From assembly GCA_963790185.1 (NCBI GenBank), contig CAWBNR010000007.1, forward strand, positions 105,698 through 169,697: DNA of 64,000 nt. Direction: 5' to 3'. The notes under the pieces are model-generated. The model was not told the DNA's origin. It searched no databases and saw nothing but the letters and a program-made list of their open reading frames with translations. Position 1 is the stretch's first letter. Every line of letters starts with the position of its first letter. This stretch comes from an uncultured Thermoleophilia bacterium. GTDB lineage: Bacteria > Actinomycetota > Thermoleophilia > UBA2241. The translations under genes were made by a program, and so were the position numbers. Shown piece after piece: positions 21,292-30,678 of the stretch.

Positions 21292-22122
21292 TCAGCGCGC
21301 CGGTCGACGGGCCCGCAGCGAGAAGCTCAGCGGGTAGTCCTCCTCGTGTCCCCGGATCCGCAGCCACCCGTCCAGGCTCTTCTCGAGGAAGGGGTAGTTG
21401 AGCCCGTGCGTGTAGGGGAACTCGTGCAGGTGCTCGAGTTCGAGCCCAGCCTCGATGAGGCTGGTGACGACCTCACCGAGCGCGTGGTTCCACTCGTACG
21501 TGACCGTGTTGCGGGTCTCGGCCTTGGGATCGGCGTACGAGCCCGGCTCGTCGAAGCGGCTGGGTTCGGTGCCCTGGAAGTAGGGATAGCCGATGCGCAG
21601 ATCGCCGGGCCGCGCCTCGTCGTCGAGGATGAACACGAACGGGTGGAACTCCGCGATGTAGAAGATGCCGCCGGGGCGGACGTAGCGGGCGGCGACCTGC
21701 GCCCAGCGGCGCAGGTCGCCGAGCCAGTTGAGGACGCCCCACGAGGTGAAGACCACGTCGAACTCACCGTCGAGGGTGTCGGGCAGGTCGTAGATATTGG
21801 CGCGCAGGAAGGTGGCGCGGCTCGAGAGGCCGACTTCGTCGGCCAAGCGCCGCGCCAGCCCGACCCCCTCCTCGGAGAAGTCGATGCCCGTCACGGTGGC
21901 GCCGTGCCGTGCCCAGCTGAGGGTGTCGAGCCCGAAGTGGCACTGCAGGTGCAGCAGACGTGTGCCCTCGCCGACGTCCGGGCCGAGCTCCTCGAGCTCG
22001 ATCGAGCTCAGCGTCTCGCGGCCCGCTCTGAACCCCTCGACGTCGTAGAAGGTGGAGGCCGCGTGCACTCCGGTGAGCTCGTCCCATACGGCCATGTTCG
22101 CGCGCAGCCACTCTTCGAGCAT
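21292..22122 (-). CDS. Class I SAM-dependent methyltransferase (copy 2)
   Basis: FYDV.GF, LLHLQCHFGLDTLSWAR, G.DFS, FDVVF.SWG...WL.DL..W. Confidence 0.88.
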   Translation of the reverse strand: MLEEWLRANMAVWDELTGVHAASTFYDVEGFRAGRETLSSIELEELGPDVGEGTRLLHLQCHFGLDTLSWARHGATVTGIDFSEEGVGLARRLADEVGLSSRATFLRANIYDLPDTLDGEFDVVFTSWGVLNWLGDLRRWAQVAARYVRPGGIFYIAEFHPFVFILDDEARPGDLRIGYPYFQGTEPSRFDEPGSYADPKAETRNTVTYEWNHALGEVVTSLIEAGLELEHLHEFPYTHGLNYPFLEKSLDGWLRIRGHEEDYPLSFSLRARRPAR

Positions 22123-22124
22123 GG

Positions 22125-23054
22125 TCACTCCTCCTCGTCGACAGGGTGGTCGTCTGCAGCATCGGCGGCGGGCGGTCTCGTGGCCATGACGCTGTAGCTG
22201 AAGGGCAGGTCCGTCCGGCGGCCGCCATGCCCGTCCGGCAGCCACCACCAGCGGGACTCGTCCTTCTCCATGGACTCGAAGAACGGCGAGACCGAGAACG
22301 GCGCCTCGTGCAGGTACTCCAGCCGAAGCCCGGCCCCGAGCAGCGCTCCGACGATCTCCGAGAAGCTGTGCGACCAGCTGTAGGCGACGTGCCCGCTGGT
22401 GTCGGCGGAGCGATCGGCGTAGGAGCCCTCGACAGGCTCGACGACGGGCCGGCCGGGCGCGGGGAAGTAGCGGTAGCCGAAGCGCGCCTCCGAGGGATCC
22501 GCGGTCTCGTCGAGGCAGTAGGCCAGCGGATGCAGCTCGGCCATGTAGAAGCGGCCGCCGGGCTCCAGGTGTGCGGCGCAGAGTCGCGCCCAGCGCTCGA
22601 GGTCGGGCAGCCATTCGATGGCTCCCCAGCTCACGAAGACGACATCGAAGCGGCGCCCGTCGAGATGACGGCCGGCGTCGTAGAGGTCGGACTGAACGAA
22701 ACTGGCGTGGCCGGAGAGGCCGACTTCGGCGGCCAGACGCCGCGCCAGCGCGATCGCCTCGCCGGAGAAGTCGACGCCGACCACCTCGGCCCCGCGCCGC
22801 GCCCAGCTCAGCGTGTCGAGGCCGAAGTGGCACTGGAGGTGCAACAGGCTCGTGCCGTCGCCGACGTACGGCCCGAGCTCCTCGATCTCCAGCGGCCACA
22901 GCGAACTGCGACCTGTCTTGAAACCGGCAACGTCGTAGAACTCCGTCCCCTCGTGGAGTCGCGCCCACGCGTCCCAAAGGGCGAGGTTGGCGCGGTGCGC
23001 CTCGTCGGGCAGCGGACTGGGTCGCGCCGCGCCCTCGCGGGGCGGGGGCTGCAT
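22125..23054 (-). CDS. Class I SAM-dependent methyltransferase (copy 1)
   Basis: Same LLHLQCHFGLDTLSWAR family; tandem paralog. Confidence 0.88.
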   Translation of the reverse strand: MQPPPREGAARPSPLPDEAHRANLALWDAWARLHEGTEFYDVAGFKTGRSSLWPLEIEELGPYVGDGTSLLHLQCHFGLDTLSWARRGAEVVGVDFSGEAIALARRLAAEVGLSGHASFVQSDLYDAGRHLDGRRFDVVFVSWGAIEWLPDLERWARLCAAHLEPGGRFYMAELHPLAYCLDETADPSEARFGYRYFPAPGRPVVEPVEGSYADRSADTSGHVAYSWSHSFSEIVGALLGAGLRLEYLHEAPFSVSPFFESMEKDESRWWWLPDGHGGRRTDLPFSYSVMATRPPAADAADDHPVDEEE

Positions 23055-23098
23055 GCCGGCGTCGGCGGCATGCGCGCTCGTCTGTCGATCACTTGAGC

Positions 23099-23323
23099 TC
23101 AGTCGCCCTCCTCGACCTCGTAGACGACCGCGCGCACGAGTCCTATCGTCTCGCCGTCGCCGTCGCCGTCGCCGTCGGTCGTCGTCGTGTCGCTGATACC
23201 GTACACCGCCTCGGCCTCCTCCGTGTTGAGGAAGGCGGCGACGCGCGCGTCCAGCTCTTCGAGCTCGCGCACCGTCTCGAAGATGTGGATCGGCGTGGCG
23301 AAGGTCTTCACCTTGATCATCAC
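23099..23323 (-). CDS. Small acidic hypothetical protein
   Basis: MIKVKTF...IF...ELEELD..V..FL; host-like codon use; 4x GACGGC (DG) repeat. Confidence 0.6.
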   Translation of the reverse strand: MMIKVKTFATPIHIFETVRELEELDARVAAFLNTEEAEAVYGISDTTTTDGDGDGDGETIGLVRAVVYEVEEGD

Positions 23324-23474
23324 GGTCCTCGGGGTCTCTTCGGGGTGGGCCTCACGGGTGGCGCAGAAGCGTCGCCGAAAGCGTAGCCGGGATCGGTGGT
23401 AGAAGCCTTCTCATTGGTGCGGCATCAGTGTAGAGTGCGGCGGGGGGTTGGCAAGCGGACGGGGGGGTCGCATA

Positions 23475-24164
23475 GTGACCGTACGAAACGACAGTAGTGG
23501 GCGTAGCCTTGGCAAACTTGCCGACGCCTTCGGCGACCCGACGCGGCGGTCGATCCTGCAGCACGTACTCGGGGCCGAGACGCCGATCTCGGCCGGCGAG
23601 GTCGGCGAAGTCTTCGGTGTTCACCGTACCGTGGCCCGGGCTCACCTCGAGAAGCTCGTCGAAACGGGTCTGCTCGAGACCGCGACGCGGCGCCGGGCCA
23701 CCGGCGGCCGTCCTGCGAAGACCTACACGTCGAGCGGCCAGCGCCTCGAGGTCATGTTGCCGCCGCGGCGGTACGAGCCGCTGGCTCGCCTCCTACTGGA
23801 GGTCGTCGAGCGTCTTGCGCCCGTCACCATGGCCGCCGACCATGCGCGCGCCATCGGCTACGAGTACGGTGTGGGCGTACGGCGGGAGATGCGCGGCAAC
23901 GGGCACGGACCGCTGGAGCCCGAGGCGGCCTGCGCGTGGCTCGCCCAGGCCGGCTACGGGGCGCGCTGCGAGCGCGGCTCCGACTGCGACGTCTTCGCCT
24001 TCGACAACTGCGTCTATCGCGAGGTCGCGCTCGAGCACCCCGAGATCGTGTGCGCGTTCGACAGGGGGATGCTCTGCGGACTGGTCGCCGCGAGCCCCGA
24101 AGAGCACGTTCAGACACACAATCTGCCGGACGACGGCTTCTGCCGTCACGAGATCAGGCACTAG
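23475..24164 (+). CDS. ArsR-like HTH regulator with Cys-rich C-terminal sensory domain
   Basis: FGDPTRRSIL, GVHRTVARAHLEKL...GL, GGRPAK.Y, NCVY, VC.FD.GML. Confidence 0.8.
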   Translation: MTVRNDSSGRSLGKLADAFGDPTRRSILQHVLGAETPISAGEVGEVFGVHRTVARAHLEKLVETGLLETATRRRATGGRPAKTYTSSGQRLEVMLPPRRYEPLARLLLEVVERLAPVTMAADHARAIGYEYGVGVRREMRGNGHGPLEPEAACAWLAQAGYGARCERGSDCDVFAFDNCVYREVALEHPEIVCAFDRGMLCGLVAASPEEHVQTHNLPDDGFCRHEIRH

Positions 24165-24200
24165 TCTGCGACAGGCCCCGGGCGCCGATCGGCTGCCCGC

Positions 24201-24440
24201 TCACCTCCCGCGCTTGGTCTGACGCCTACGCCCACCGCGCCGCTGCGTCCTCGCCGGCGAGCGGCCGCTCCGCTCTCTCGCCGGGCCTTCACCGTTCTTC
24301 GTCTCCCGCTTCGTAGCGCCACGACCGCGTGAGCGCGCGATCAGGCGACTCAGCAGGCGTCCGACGAGCAGGCCGCCTGCGGCTGCCAAGGTGAGAAAGA
24401 CGATGCCGATGAGGCCGGTCTGCAAAGCGACGAGATCCAC
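24201..24440 (-). CDS. Small single-TM hypothetical protein
   Basis: GTG start, one hydrophobic helix, basic tail; follows the PAS gene. Confidence 0.35.
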   Translation of the reverse strand: MDLVALQTGLIGIVFLTLAAAGGLLVGRLLSRLIARSRGRGATKRETKNGEGPARERSGRSPARTQRRGGRRRQTKRGR

Positions 24441-24444
24441 GGGT

Positions 24445-24837
24445 TCACCACCCGGGGAGCGACTGCTCGCCTTCGAGCTTGCGCTCGGTGTCGAGGAGCT
24501 GATTGACCTCGAGGATCCCCTTGTAGGCGCCATCGTCGTCGCGGACGGCGAAGTAGCGGGTCAGCTTGAAGCCCTCGCTCTCGGTGCCCCAGCCCCAGGC
24601 GTCGTCCTTCGTCCCGTCCTTGAACGCGCGCAGTATCGTCTCGAGCGCGACGAGGCTCTGCTCGGGATGGCAGTCGCGCACGTCGCGCCCGATGTAGCCT
24701 GGGTCGCAGGACTCGTAGGTCGCGCCCTGCCAGTACACGAGCACGTCGCGCTCATCGGCGAAGCTCACGTCGCAGGGGAGCGCCTGCATGACGAGATCGA
24801 CCTGCTCGGGGGTGAGTGCGCCGCGCTGCCGGATCAC
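24445..24837 (-). CDS. Stand-alone PAS-domain protein (DUF438-associated type)
   Basis: LP.DVSF.DE.D, IGRDVRDCHP..S...ETIL.AFK.G, RYFAVRD..G.YKGILEV.Q. Confidence 0.8.
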   Translation of the reverse strand: MIRQRGALTPEQVDLVMQALPCDVSFADERDVLVYWQGATYESCDPGYIGRDVRDCHPEQSLVALETILRAFKDGTKDDAWGWGTESEGFKLTRYFAVRDDDGAYKGILEVNQLLDTERKLEGEQSLPGW

Positions 24838-24900
24838 GAGAACGTCCTTTCGTCATCTGATGTCGCGGCTATCGTACTGGACGGGGGAGCGCGGTGCGTC

Positions 24901-25599
24901 TCACCAGTACGTCGGGACCGGCGGCGCGGAGAGCGCGTGCGCGAGCGCCTTGCGGCCACCCTCGAGGACGGGCTGACCGTGCGTGACGAGGACGCGCTCG
25001 ATGTCGAGCTCGGCGAGAGGCCGGAGCGTGGGCAGCAGCCGGCGCGCGTACCAGTCTGGCGAGCCGCCGCTCTGGTCCCAGACGCGTAGCTCGCCGCTCT
25101 CGAGCGCGACGACGGCGTCGCCGAAGACGAGCGCCTTCAGGCTGGGGAAGTGGAGCGGGGTCTCGTACCTCCGGGGGTTGCCGATCGCCCAGGCGCTCGC
25201 GATGTCGCCGGCGATCTCGACGCCTTGACCGGCCTTGGCCTTGGGGATCTCGTTGAGCGGCGTGTCCCACTGGAAGCGCTTGCGAACGGCGGCGTGACCC
25301 CAGACGCGCGTCGCAAGCTGGCCCCAGTAGCGCTCGAAGACGCGCTCCGTGCTGCGCGTGTGGTAAGGGATCGTGACGAAGATCTCGAGACGCGACGCGC
25401 CGAGGACGAGGCGGTCGAGCCCTGCGAGCACGGCATCGTGCTCAGCGTCCTGCTCGGGCGGCACGAGGGGATCGACGAGAGCGACGACATGTGCGGCGAC
25501 GAGCGCGTAGCTCACGACCTCTTCGGCCGCCGCCCGGTATTCGGGATGGGGCGTGGTCCACGAGTGGATCCCGGGGACGAGCTCTGCGGGTGCGGTCAT
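24901..25599 (-). CDS. MBL-fold metallo-hydrolase-like protein
   Basis: LVDP, T.PYH.RS, VFGDA, VLVTHG. Confidence 0.65.
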   Translation of the reverse strand: MTAPAELVPGIHSWTTPHPEYRAAAEEVVSYALVAAHVVALVDPLVPPEQDAEHDAVLAGLDRLVLGASRLEIFVTIPYHTRSTERVFERYWGQLATRVWGHAAVRKRFQWDTPLNEIPKAKAGQGVEIAGDIASAWAIGNPRRYETPLHFPSLKALVFGDAVVALESGELRVWDQSGGSPDWYARRLLPTLRPLAELDIERVLVTHGQPVLEGGRKALAHALSAPPVPTYW

Positions 25600-25686
25600 G
25601 GCCGTCCTCCTTTCGACCTAGAGCGTTCCCCGCCGTCACGGAGGTGAAGCAGGATCGGCGTGAGAGGCGGGGGCGGGCGGCGGCGC

Positions 25687-25845
25687 CTACCGGCGCCGCC
25701 GCCCGCCCTTCCGCTCCTTGACCGCCTCGCGCAGCACCCACTCGACCTGGGCGTTCACGCTGCGGAGCTCGTCGGAGGCCCACTTCTCGAGCTCCTTCCA
25801 GAGCTCGGGGTCGACACGCAGCAGGAACTGCTTGCGCGCGGCCAT
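25687..25845 (-). CDS. Small ribbon-helix-helix (Arc-like) DNA-binding protein, 52 aa, not in ORF track
   Basis: MAARKQFLLRVDPELWKELEKWASDELRSVNAQVEWVLREAV...; typical partner downstream of SPFH genes. Confidence 0.8.
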   Translation of the reverse strand: MAARKQFLLRVDPELWKELEKWASDELRSVNAQVEWVLREAVKERKGGRRRR

Positions 25846-25864
25846 CAGGCGCTCCCCGACCGCC

Positions 25865-26877
25865 TCACTGGTAGAGGGTGCCGGCGTTGACGACCGGGTG
25901 CACCTCGCTCTCGCCGCACAGGACGACCATGAGGTTGCTCACCATCGCCGCCTTGCGCTCCTCGTCGAGCTCGACGACGCTCTTCTCCGAGAGCTGCTGC
26001 AGGGCCATGTCGACCATGCCGACGGCGCCGGCGACGATCTTGCGCCGCGCGGCGATGATCGCCTCGGCCTGCTGGCGGCGGAGCATCGCCTGGGCGATCT
26101 CGGGCGCGTAGGCGAGGTGGGTGAGGCGCGCCTCGTCGACGAGGACGCCGGCCTTGGCGAGCCGCGCCTCGAGCTCGGTCCTGAGCGCCGCTGACACGTC
26201 GAGGACGTTGCTGCGCAGGGTGATCTCGCCGTCCTCGCCGTCCTCGCCGTGGTCGTAGGCGTACGAGCTGGCCACGTAGCGCAGGGCGGACTCACTCTGC
26301 ATCGAGACGTACTGCTCGTAGTCGTCGACGTCGAAGACGGCCTGGGCGGTGTCCTGCACCCGCCAGACGACCACGGCGGCGATCTCGACCGGGTTGCCGC
26401 GCATGTCGTTGACCTTGAGGTGCTCGCCGGTGAGGGTGCGGGCGCGCAAGGAGACCTTGTAGCGGCCGAGGTTGCGCGGCTTGGCCTGGCCCTTCTTCTT
26501 GGTGGCCGACTCGACGATCTGCTCGGCCGCCTTGCTCAAGGCGCCGCTCGCGCCGGTGGCGCTGCCGTTGGCGAGGAAGGGATTGCCCCAGCGGAAGCCG
26601 GTCTCGCGGCTCGTCCCCTTGTAGTCGCCGAAGAGGATCAGCACGCGCGCCTCGTTGGGCTGCAGGGTGAAGAAGCCCGGCGAGACGACGATCGCCGCGA
26701 TGAGCACGACGCAGCCGGCGATGAGCATCCACCAGACCGGGACAGCGGTGCCGTTCGCGTTCTCTCGCCCTCGAGGAACGAGAAGACGAACAGTGCCGTC
26801 GCGGCGACGTAGAGACCGATGTCCACCGCGAGCATCGCCCACCCGTTCAGCGTCTTCGCCGCACGCTCGACCGTCAT
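25865..26877 (-). CDS. SPFH/band 7 domain membrane protein (frameshift near 26770)
   Basis: [63 protein letters not shown]. Confidence 0.9.
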
Positions 26878-27031
26878 GACCGCCACCTCCATGGCTCCTG
26901 CCCGGGTCCCCGGACGATTGCTATGGAAATGATATCATCACGGAATCGTGCGCGCAAGGGATGCGCATCACCGTCCCGGCCGCTCATGAGGCGGCCGCCG
27001 TGCGGCCGCCGGCGGCCGACTGGCGGCCGGG

Positions 27032-27616
27032 CTATCGGCTGCGGAGCTGCGCCTGCGGGGCCTCGTGCAGCTCGGCCCGGTTCGTGTACGTCAGGAGACC
27101 GAGGCAGGCGACCGAGATCGCGACCATGGCGGGCTCCGCGCCAGTCGCCACGAGCAACGCCGAGAACAGCGTCACCCCGGCGAGGTCGGTCCAGGCGTCG
27201 GGGAAGCGTAGGGCGTAGAAGACGCCGAAGCAGACGGCCAGGGCCAGCATGGCGAGCGGTCCTGCGAGGGCGAGCCAGGCGCCGAAGGTCGCGGCCACAC
27301 CCTTGCCGCCCCTGAAGCGGAGGATGGGCGAGAAGTCGTGGCCGACGATCGGCGCCAGGGCGACGGGCAGCAGCGCCCACCCCGAGACGCCGAGGACGAG
27401 GCGGGCGACGACGATCGGCACGGCGGCCTTGGCGATGTCGAGGGCCGCCGCCGCCACTCCCAGCGCCGGCCCCCCGGCGCGCCAGACGTTGCCGGCGCCG
27501 GGGTTGCGGTCGGGCCCGTACTCGCGGATGTCGACGCCCAAGGCGAGGCGGCCGAGCCACAGCGACAGCGGCAGCGACCCGGCGGCGAAGCCGACCAACG
27601 TCATGAAGACGACCAC
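27032..27616 (-). CDS. plsY: Glycerol-3-phosphate acyltransferase PlsY
   Basis: GSLP, DIR..G..NPGA.N, LDIAK, GHDFSP.L.FRGGKGVA. Confidence 0.88.
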   Translation of the reverse strand: MVVFMTLVGFAAGSLPLSLWLGRLALGVDIREYGPDRNPGAGNVWRAGGPALGVAAAALDIAKAAVPIVVARLVLGVSGWALLPVALAPIVGHDFSPILRFRGGKGVAATFGAWLALAGPLAMLALAVCFGVFYALRFPDAWTDLAGVTLFSALLVATGAEPAMVAISVACLGLLTYTNRAELHEAPQAQLRSR

Positions 27617-27695
27617 GCGCGGCGCCTCCTTCGGTCCGACTCACCCGCGATCCGGCGCGCCTCACTGCCTCAGTCATTCCCGCCTGCGGGGCGCC

Positions 27696-28064
27696 CTACT
27701 GCTTCGTCCAGACGATCGTGTCGAACTCGAGGCGGTCGTCGACGATGGTCCCGACCTCGGACTCCTCGCCCCCCATGATCAGCGAGATCTTGTCGCCGTC
27801 GACGGTGTAGGTCCCCTTGAGCTCGACGTCCTCACCGCCCATGGGGTTGGGCCCGGCGAGCGTGAGCTCGCCGCTGTCGAGCGTGAGCGTGAAGCTCTTC
27901 ATGACCTCCTCGCCGTCAGTCATCGCATAGGTACCCTCGATGCCGCTGCCGCCGCACGCGGCGAGGACGGCGACAAGAAGGGCGGCCAGCGCGGCGAGCG
28001 CGAGCAGGGCGACGAGCGATGAGTGCGCGCGGGCGCGCGCGGTACGGGTGCGTGGGTTGCGCAT
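27696..28064 (-). CDS. Small lipoprotein
   Basis: Basic N-terminus, hydrophobic helix, LAAC lipobox; SD AGGAGG. Confidence 0.75.
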   Translation of the reverse strand: MRNPRTRTARARAHSSLVALLALAALAALLVAVLAACGGSGIEGTYAMTDGEEVMKSFTLTLDSGELTLAGPNPMGGEDVELKGTYTVDGDKISLIMGGEESEVGTIVDDRLEFDTIVWTKQ

Positions 28065-28182
28065 GAGTCCTCCTGTCGTGTTCGTCGGCGCCGCTGCGGA
28101 TGGACCCGGCCGGTGCCGTGTGCGGTGAGTACGGGTTCGCCTTGAGCGGTCTGCGACCTGCCGAAGGGTGGCAGCAGGTGCG

Positions 28183-28220
28183 CGGAGGGGCGGCGGGCCG
28201 CATGGCCCGCCGCCCCTCCG
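28183..28220 (-). terminator. GC-rich hairpin after hdrB
   Basis: CGGAGGGGCGGCGGGCC-gcat-GGCCCGCCGCCCCTCCG. Confidence 0.65.
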
Positions 28221-28280
28221 GCGGTCTTCAAGCGGCGAGCGGCGGGGCAGAGCCCCGGGACCGCTCCGCTGACTCTGTCG

Positions 28281-29723
28281 CTAGCTCATCACCGCGGCGA
28301 CGTCGACCATGTGCTTCTTGAGGCCGAGGCGCGCCGCCTCGATGCCGAGGGCGCGCCCGACGAGCTGGCTCACGTACAGCACGGGCAGGCGCTGCCAGGA
28401 CGGGTCGGTCCTGGCGATGTCGTCCTGACGCGTGTCGAGGTTGACTTGGCACAAGGGGCAGGCCGCGACGATCGCCTCGGCGCCGCAGTCGCGCGCGTTC
28501 TGCAGGATCTTGCGGGTGAGGGCGACGACGACCTCCTGCTCGCAGAGCGCCAGGCTGGCGCCGCAGCAGTCGGTCTTGTAGCCCCAGTCGACCGGGGCGC
28601 AGCCGAGGGCCTCGACGACGGCGTCCATGTGCGTCGGGTACTCCGGGTCCTCGGCCAGCGTGACCTTGGGCGGGCGGGTGAGCAGGCAGCCGTAGTAGCA
28701 GGCGACCTTGAGACCGGCGAACGGCCTCGTGACCTCCGCCCTGAGGGCGTCGACGCCGACGCCGTCGTGGTAGACGTCGACCATGTTCCAGACGGTGACG
28801 CCGCCGGTGTACGGGCGGCCGACGACCTCGGTGACGTCGGCGGCCAGCCGGGCGTCTTCGGCGAGCTCGTGCGCCGCTGTCATGAAGCGGCTGAAGCAGG
28901 CCGCGCACGGCACCGCCACGGCGTCGAGCTTCATGTCCTCCTTGACCTTGGCGAGTTCGTTGGCCGGCAGGGCGGCGGCGAGCAGGCGGTTCATCGAGTG
29001 CGCCGCCGTGTTGCCGCAGCACTCCCAGCCGGGGATCTCGCGGAGCTCGAGGCCGAGCTTCTCGCAGGTGGCCTTGAAGCTCCCGTCCATCTCGGTGGCC
29101 GTGCTGTGCAGCGAGCAGCCGGGGTAGTAGGCGAGGGCGGTCACGACGCGCCTCCCGCCCTGCGCTGTCTTCTCGATGCGCTCGGAGGCCTCGACCATGC
29201 GCTTCATCTGGGCGCGGTCGCCACCGCGGCTGGGCAGGAAGCCGATCTTGCCCTTCATGACCATCTTGACCCCGAGCATCAGGTCGTCGGTCATCGAGCT
29301 CGGGCGCGTGAGCTTGTCGCGCGCCAGCAGCTCGAGCTCGTACATGCGGCCCCAGCGCTTGAAGGAGTCGGCGTTGTATCTGAGGATGCCGGCGAACGGG
29401 GCGTCCGCGTGCACGAGGTCGCGGTCGTAGGCGAGGATGCGCAGCTCGTCCATGATGCCGGCGACGTCGATGTCCTGCGGGCAGCGCGCGCTGCAGGTCT
29501 GGCAGCCGGTGCAGAGCCAGATGAACCTGTCGGCGACGATCGTCTCGACGGCGCCGAGCTGGACGGCGCGGACGATCTGGGCCGGGTGCAGGCCGGCGAA
29601 GCCGGCCACCGGGCACCCGGCCGTGCAGCGCTTGCACTGGTAGCACTTGTAGGCGTCGATGCCGGCGCCGCGGCGGATCGCCGCCGCGAGCGACGTGTCG
29701 GGCGCGGTGATCGCGGTCGTCAT
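28281..29723 (-). CDS. hdrCB: Heterodisulfide reductase HdrC + HdrB (read as one ORF)
   Basis: CYQCKRCTAGCP and C..CQTCSARCP (HdrC); YYPGCSL, CCG, C..CF, YYGCLL.RP, CCG, CPLCQ.NLD (HdrB CCG domains). Confidence 0.9.
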   Translation of the reverse strand: MTTAITAPDTSLAAAIRRGAGIDAYKCYQCKRCTAGCPVAGFAGLHPAQIVRAVQLGAVETIVADRFIWLCTGCQTCSARCPQDIDVAGIMDELRILAYDRDLVHADAPFAGILRYNADSFKRWGRMYELELLARDKLTRPSSMTDDLMLGVKMVMKGKIGFLPSRGGDRAQMKRMVEASERIEKTAQGGRRVVTALAYYPGCSLHSTATEMDGSFKATCEKLGLELREIPGWECCGNTAAHSMNRLLAAALPANELAKVKEDMKLDAVAVPCAACFSRFMTAAHELAEDARLAADVTEVVGRPYTGGVTVWNMVDVYHDGVGVDALRAEVTRPFAGLKVACYYGCLLTRPPKVTLAEDPEYPTHMDAVVEALGCAPVDWGYKTDCCGASLALCEQEVVVALTRKILQNARDCGAEAIVAACPLCQVNLDTRQDDIARTDPSWQRLPVLYVSQLVGRALGIEAARLGLKKHMVDVAAVMS

Positions 29724-29733
29724 CGCCGCCGCC

Positions 29734-30678
29734 TCACGCCACGGCCGGCCGCGGCAGCAGGCCGGCCGCCTCGACGATCTCAGGCACCGCCGGCTCCCAC
29801 TCGACGGCCATGATGTGCACGCCGGCGACGCCTTCGACCTCGGCCAGCTCCTTGATCATCTCGACGGCGAGCTTCTTGCCCTCGGCCTGTTGCGGCTCGC
29901 CCTTCTCCTTGGCGGCCACGCGGTCGACGATCTCCTGCGGCACGTCCATGCCGGGCACGAACTTCTTCATGTAGTTGGCCATGCCGGCGCCCTTGATCGG
30001 CGTGATGCCGGCGAGGATCTTGATCTCCTGGTGCAGGCCCAGGGCGCGGACCTCCTTCATCCACTTCTTGAACTTGGGGATGTTGAAGATGCACTGGGTC
30101 TGCATGAAGTCGGCGCCGGCCTCGATCTTCTTCTTGAGGCGCAGGGCGCGGAGCTCGAACGGGTCGCCGAAGGGGTTCTCGGCGCAGCCGATGTAGAGCT
30201 CGGGCGCGACCGGCATCTCGTCGCCGCACTGGAACTTCTTCTCGTCGCGCATGTCCTTGTACATCTTGATGAGGTTGATGGCGTCGAGGTCGTGCACGCC
30301 CTTGGCCTCGGGGTGGTTGCCGAAGCTCAGGTGGTCGCCGGTGAGGCAGAGGATGTTCTTGATGCCCAGGGTGGAGGCGCCGAGGATGTCGGCCTGCATC
30401 GCCAGGCGGTTCCGGTCGCGGCAGGTCATCTGCATGATCGCCTCGACGCCGTTCTGCTGGGCCGCGTAGCCCGACGCCATGGAACAGACGCGCACCACGG
30501 CGGTCTGGTTGTCGGTGATGTTGACGGCGTCGACGTAGCCCTTGAGGATCTTGGCCTTCTGTTCGATGACGCTGCCGTCGGCGCTCTTCGGCGGGCCGCA
30601 CTCGCCGGTGACGGCGAACGTGCCCGCCGCGAGGATCTTCTCGAGGTTGGAGCCGGCCTTGTACCCGTTGTCGCTCAT
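29734..30678 (-). CDS. metF: Methylenetetrahydrofolate reductase MetF
   Basis: VTGECGPPK, NITDNQ, QMTCRDRNR.A.Q.D.LG, LTGDH, KK.EAGADF.QTQ, GVHIM. Confidence 0.95.
   Translation of the reverse strand: MSDNGYKAGSNLEKILAAGTFAVTGECGPPKSADGSVIEQKAKILKGYVDAVNITDNQTAVVRVCSMASGYAAQQNGVEAIMQMTCRDRNRLAMQADILGASTLGIKNILCLTGDHLSFGNHPEAKGVHDLDAINLIKMYKDMRDEKKFQCGDEMPVAPELYIGCAENPFGDPFELRALRLKKKIEAGADFMQTQCIFNIPKFKKWMKEVRALGLHQEIKILAGITPIKGAGMANYMKKFVPGMDVPQEIVDRVAAKEKGEPQQAEGKKLAVEMIKELAEVEGVAGVHIMAVEWEPAVPEIVEAAGLLPRPAVA

Noticed and set aside
28070-28270. Riboswitch upstream of the lipoprotein gene
   Set aside because: Only a terminator-like hairpin; no aptamer consensus recognised.
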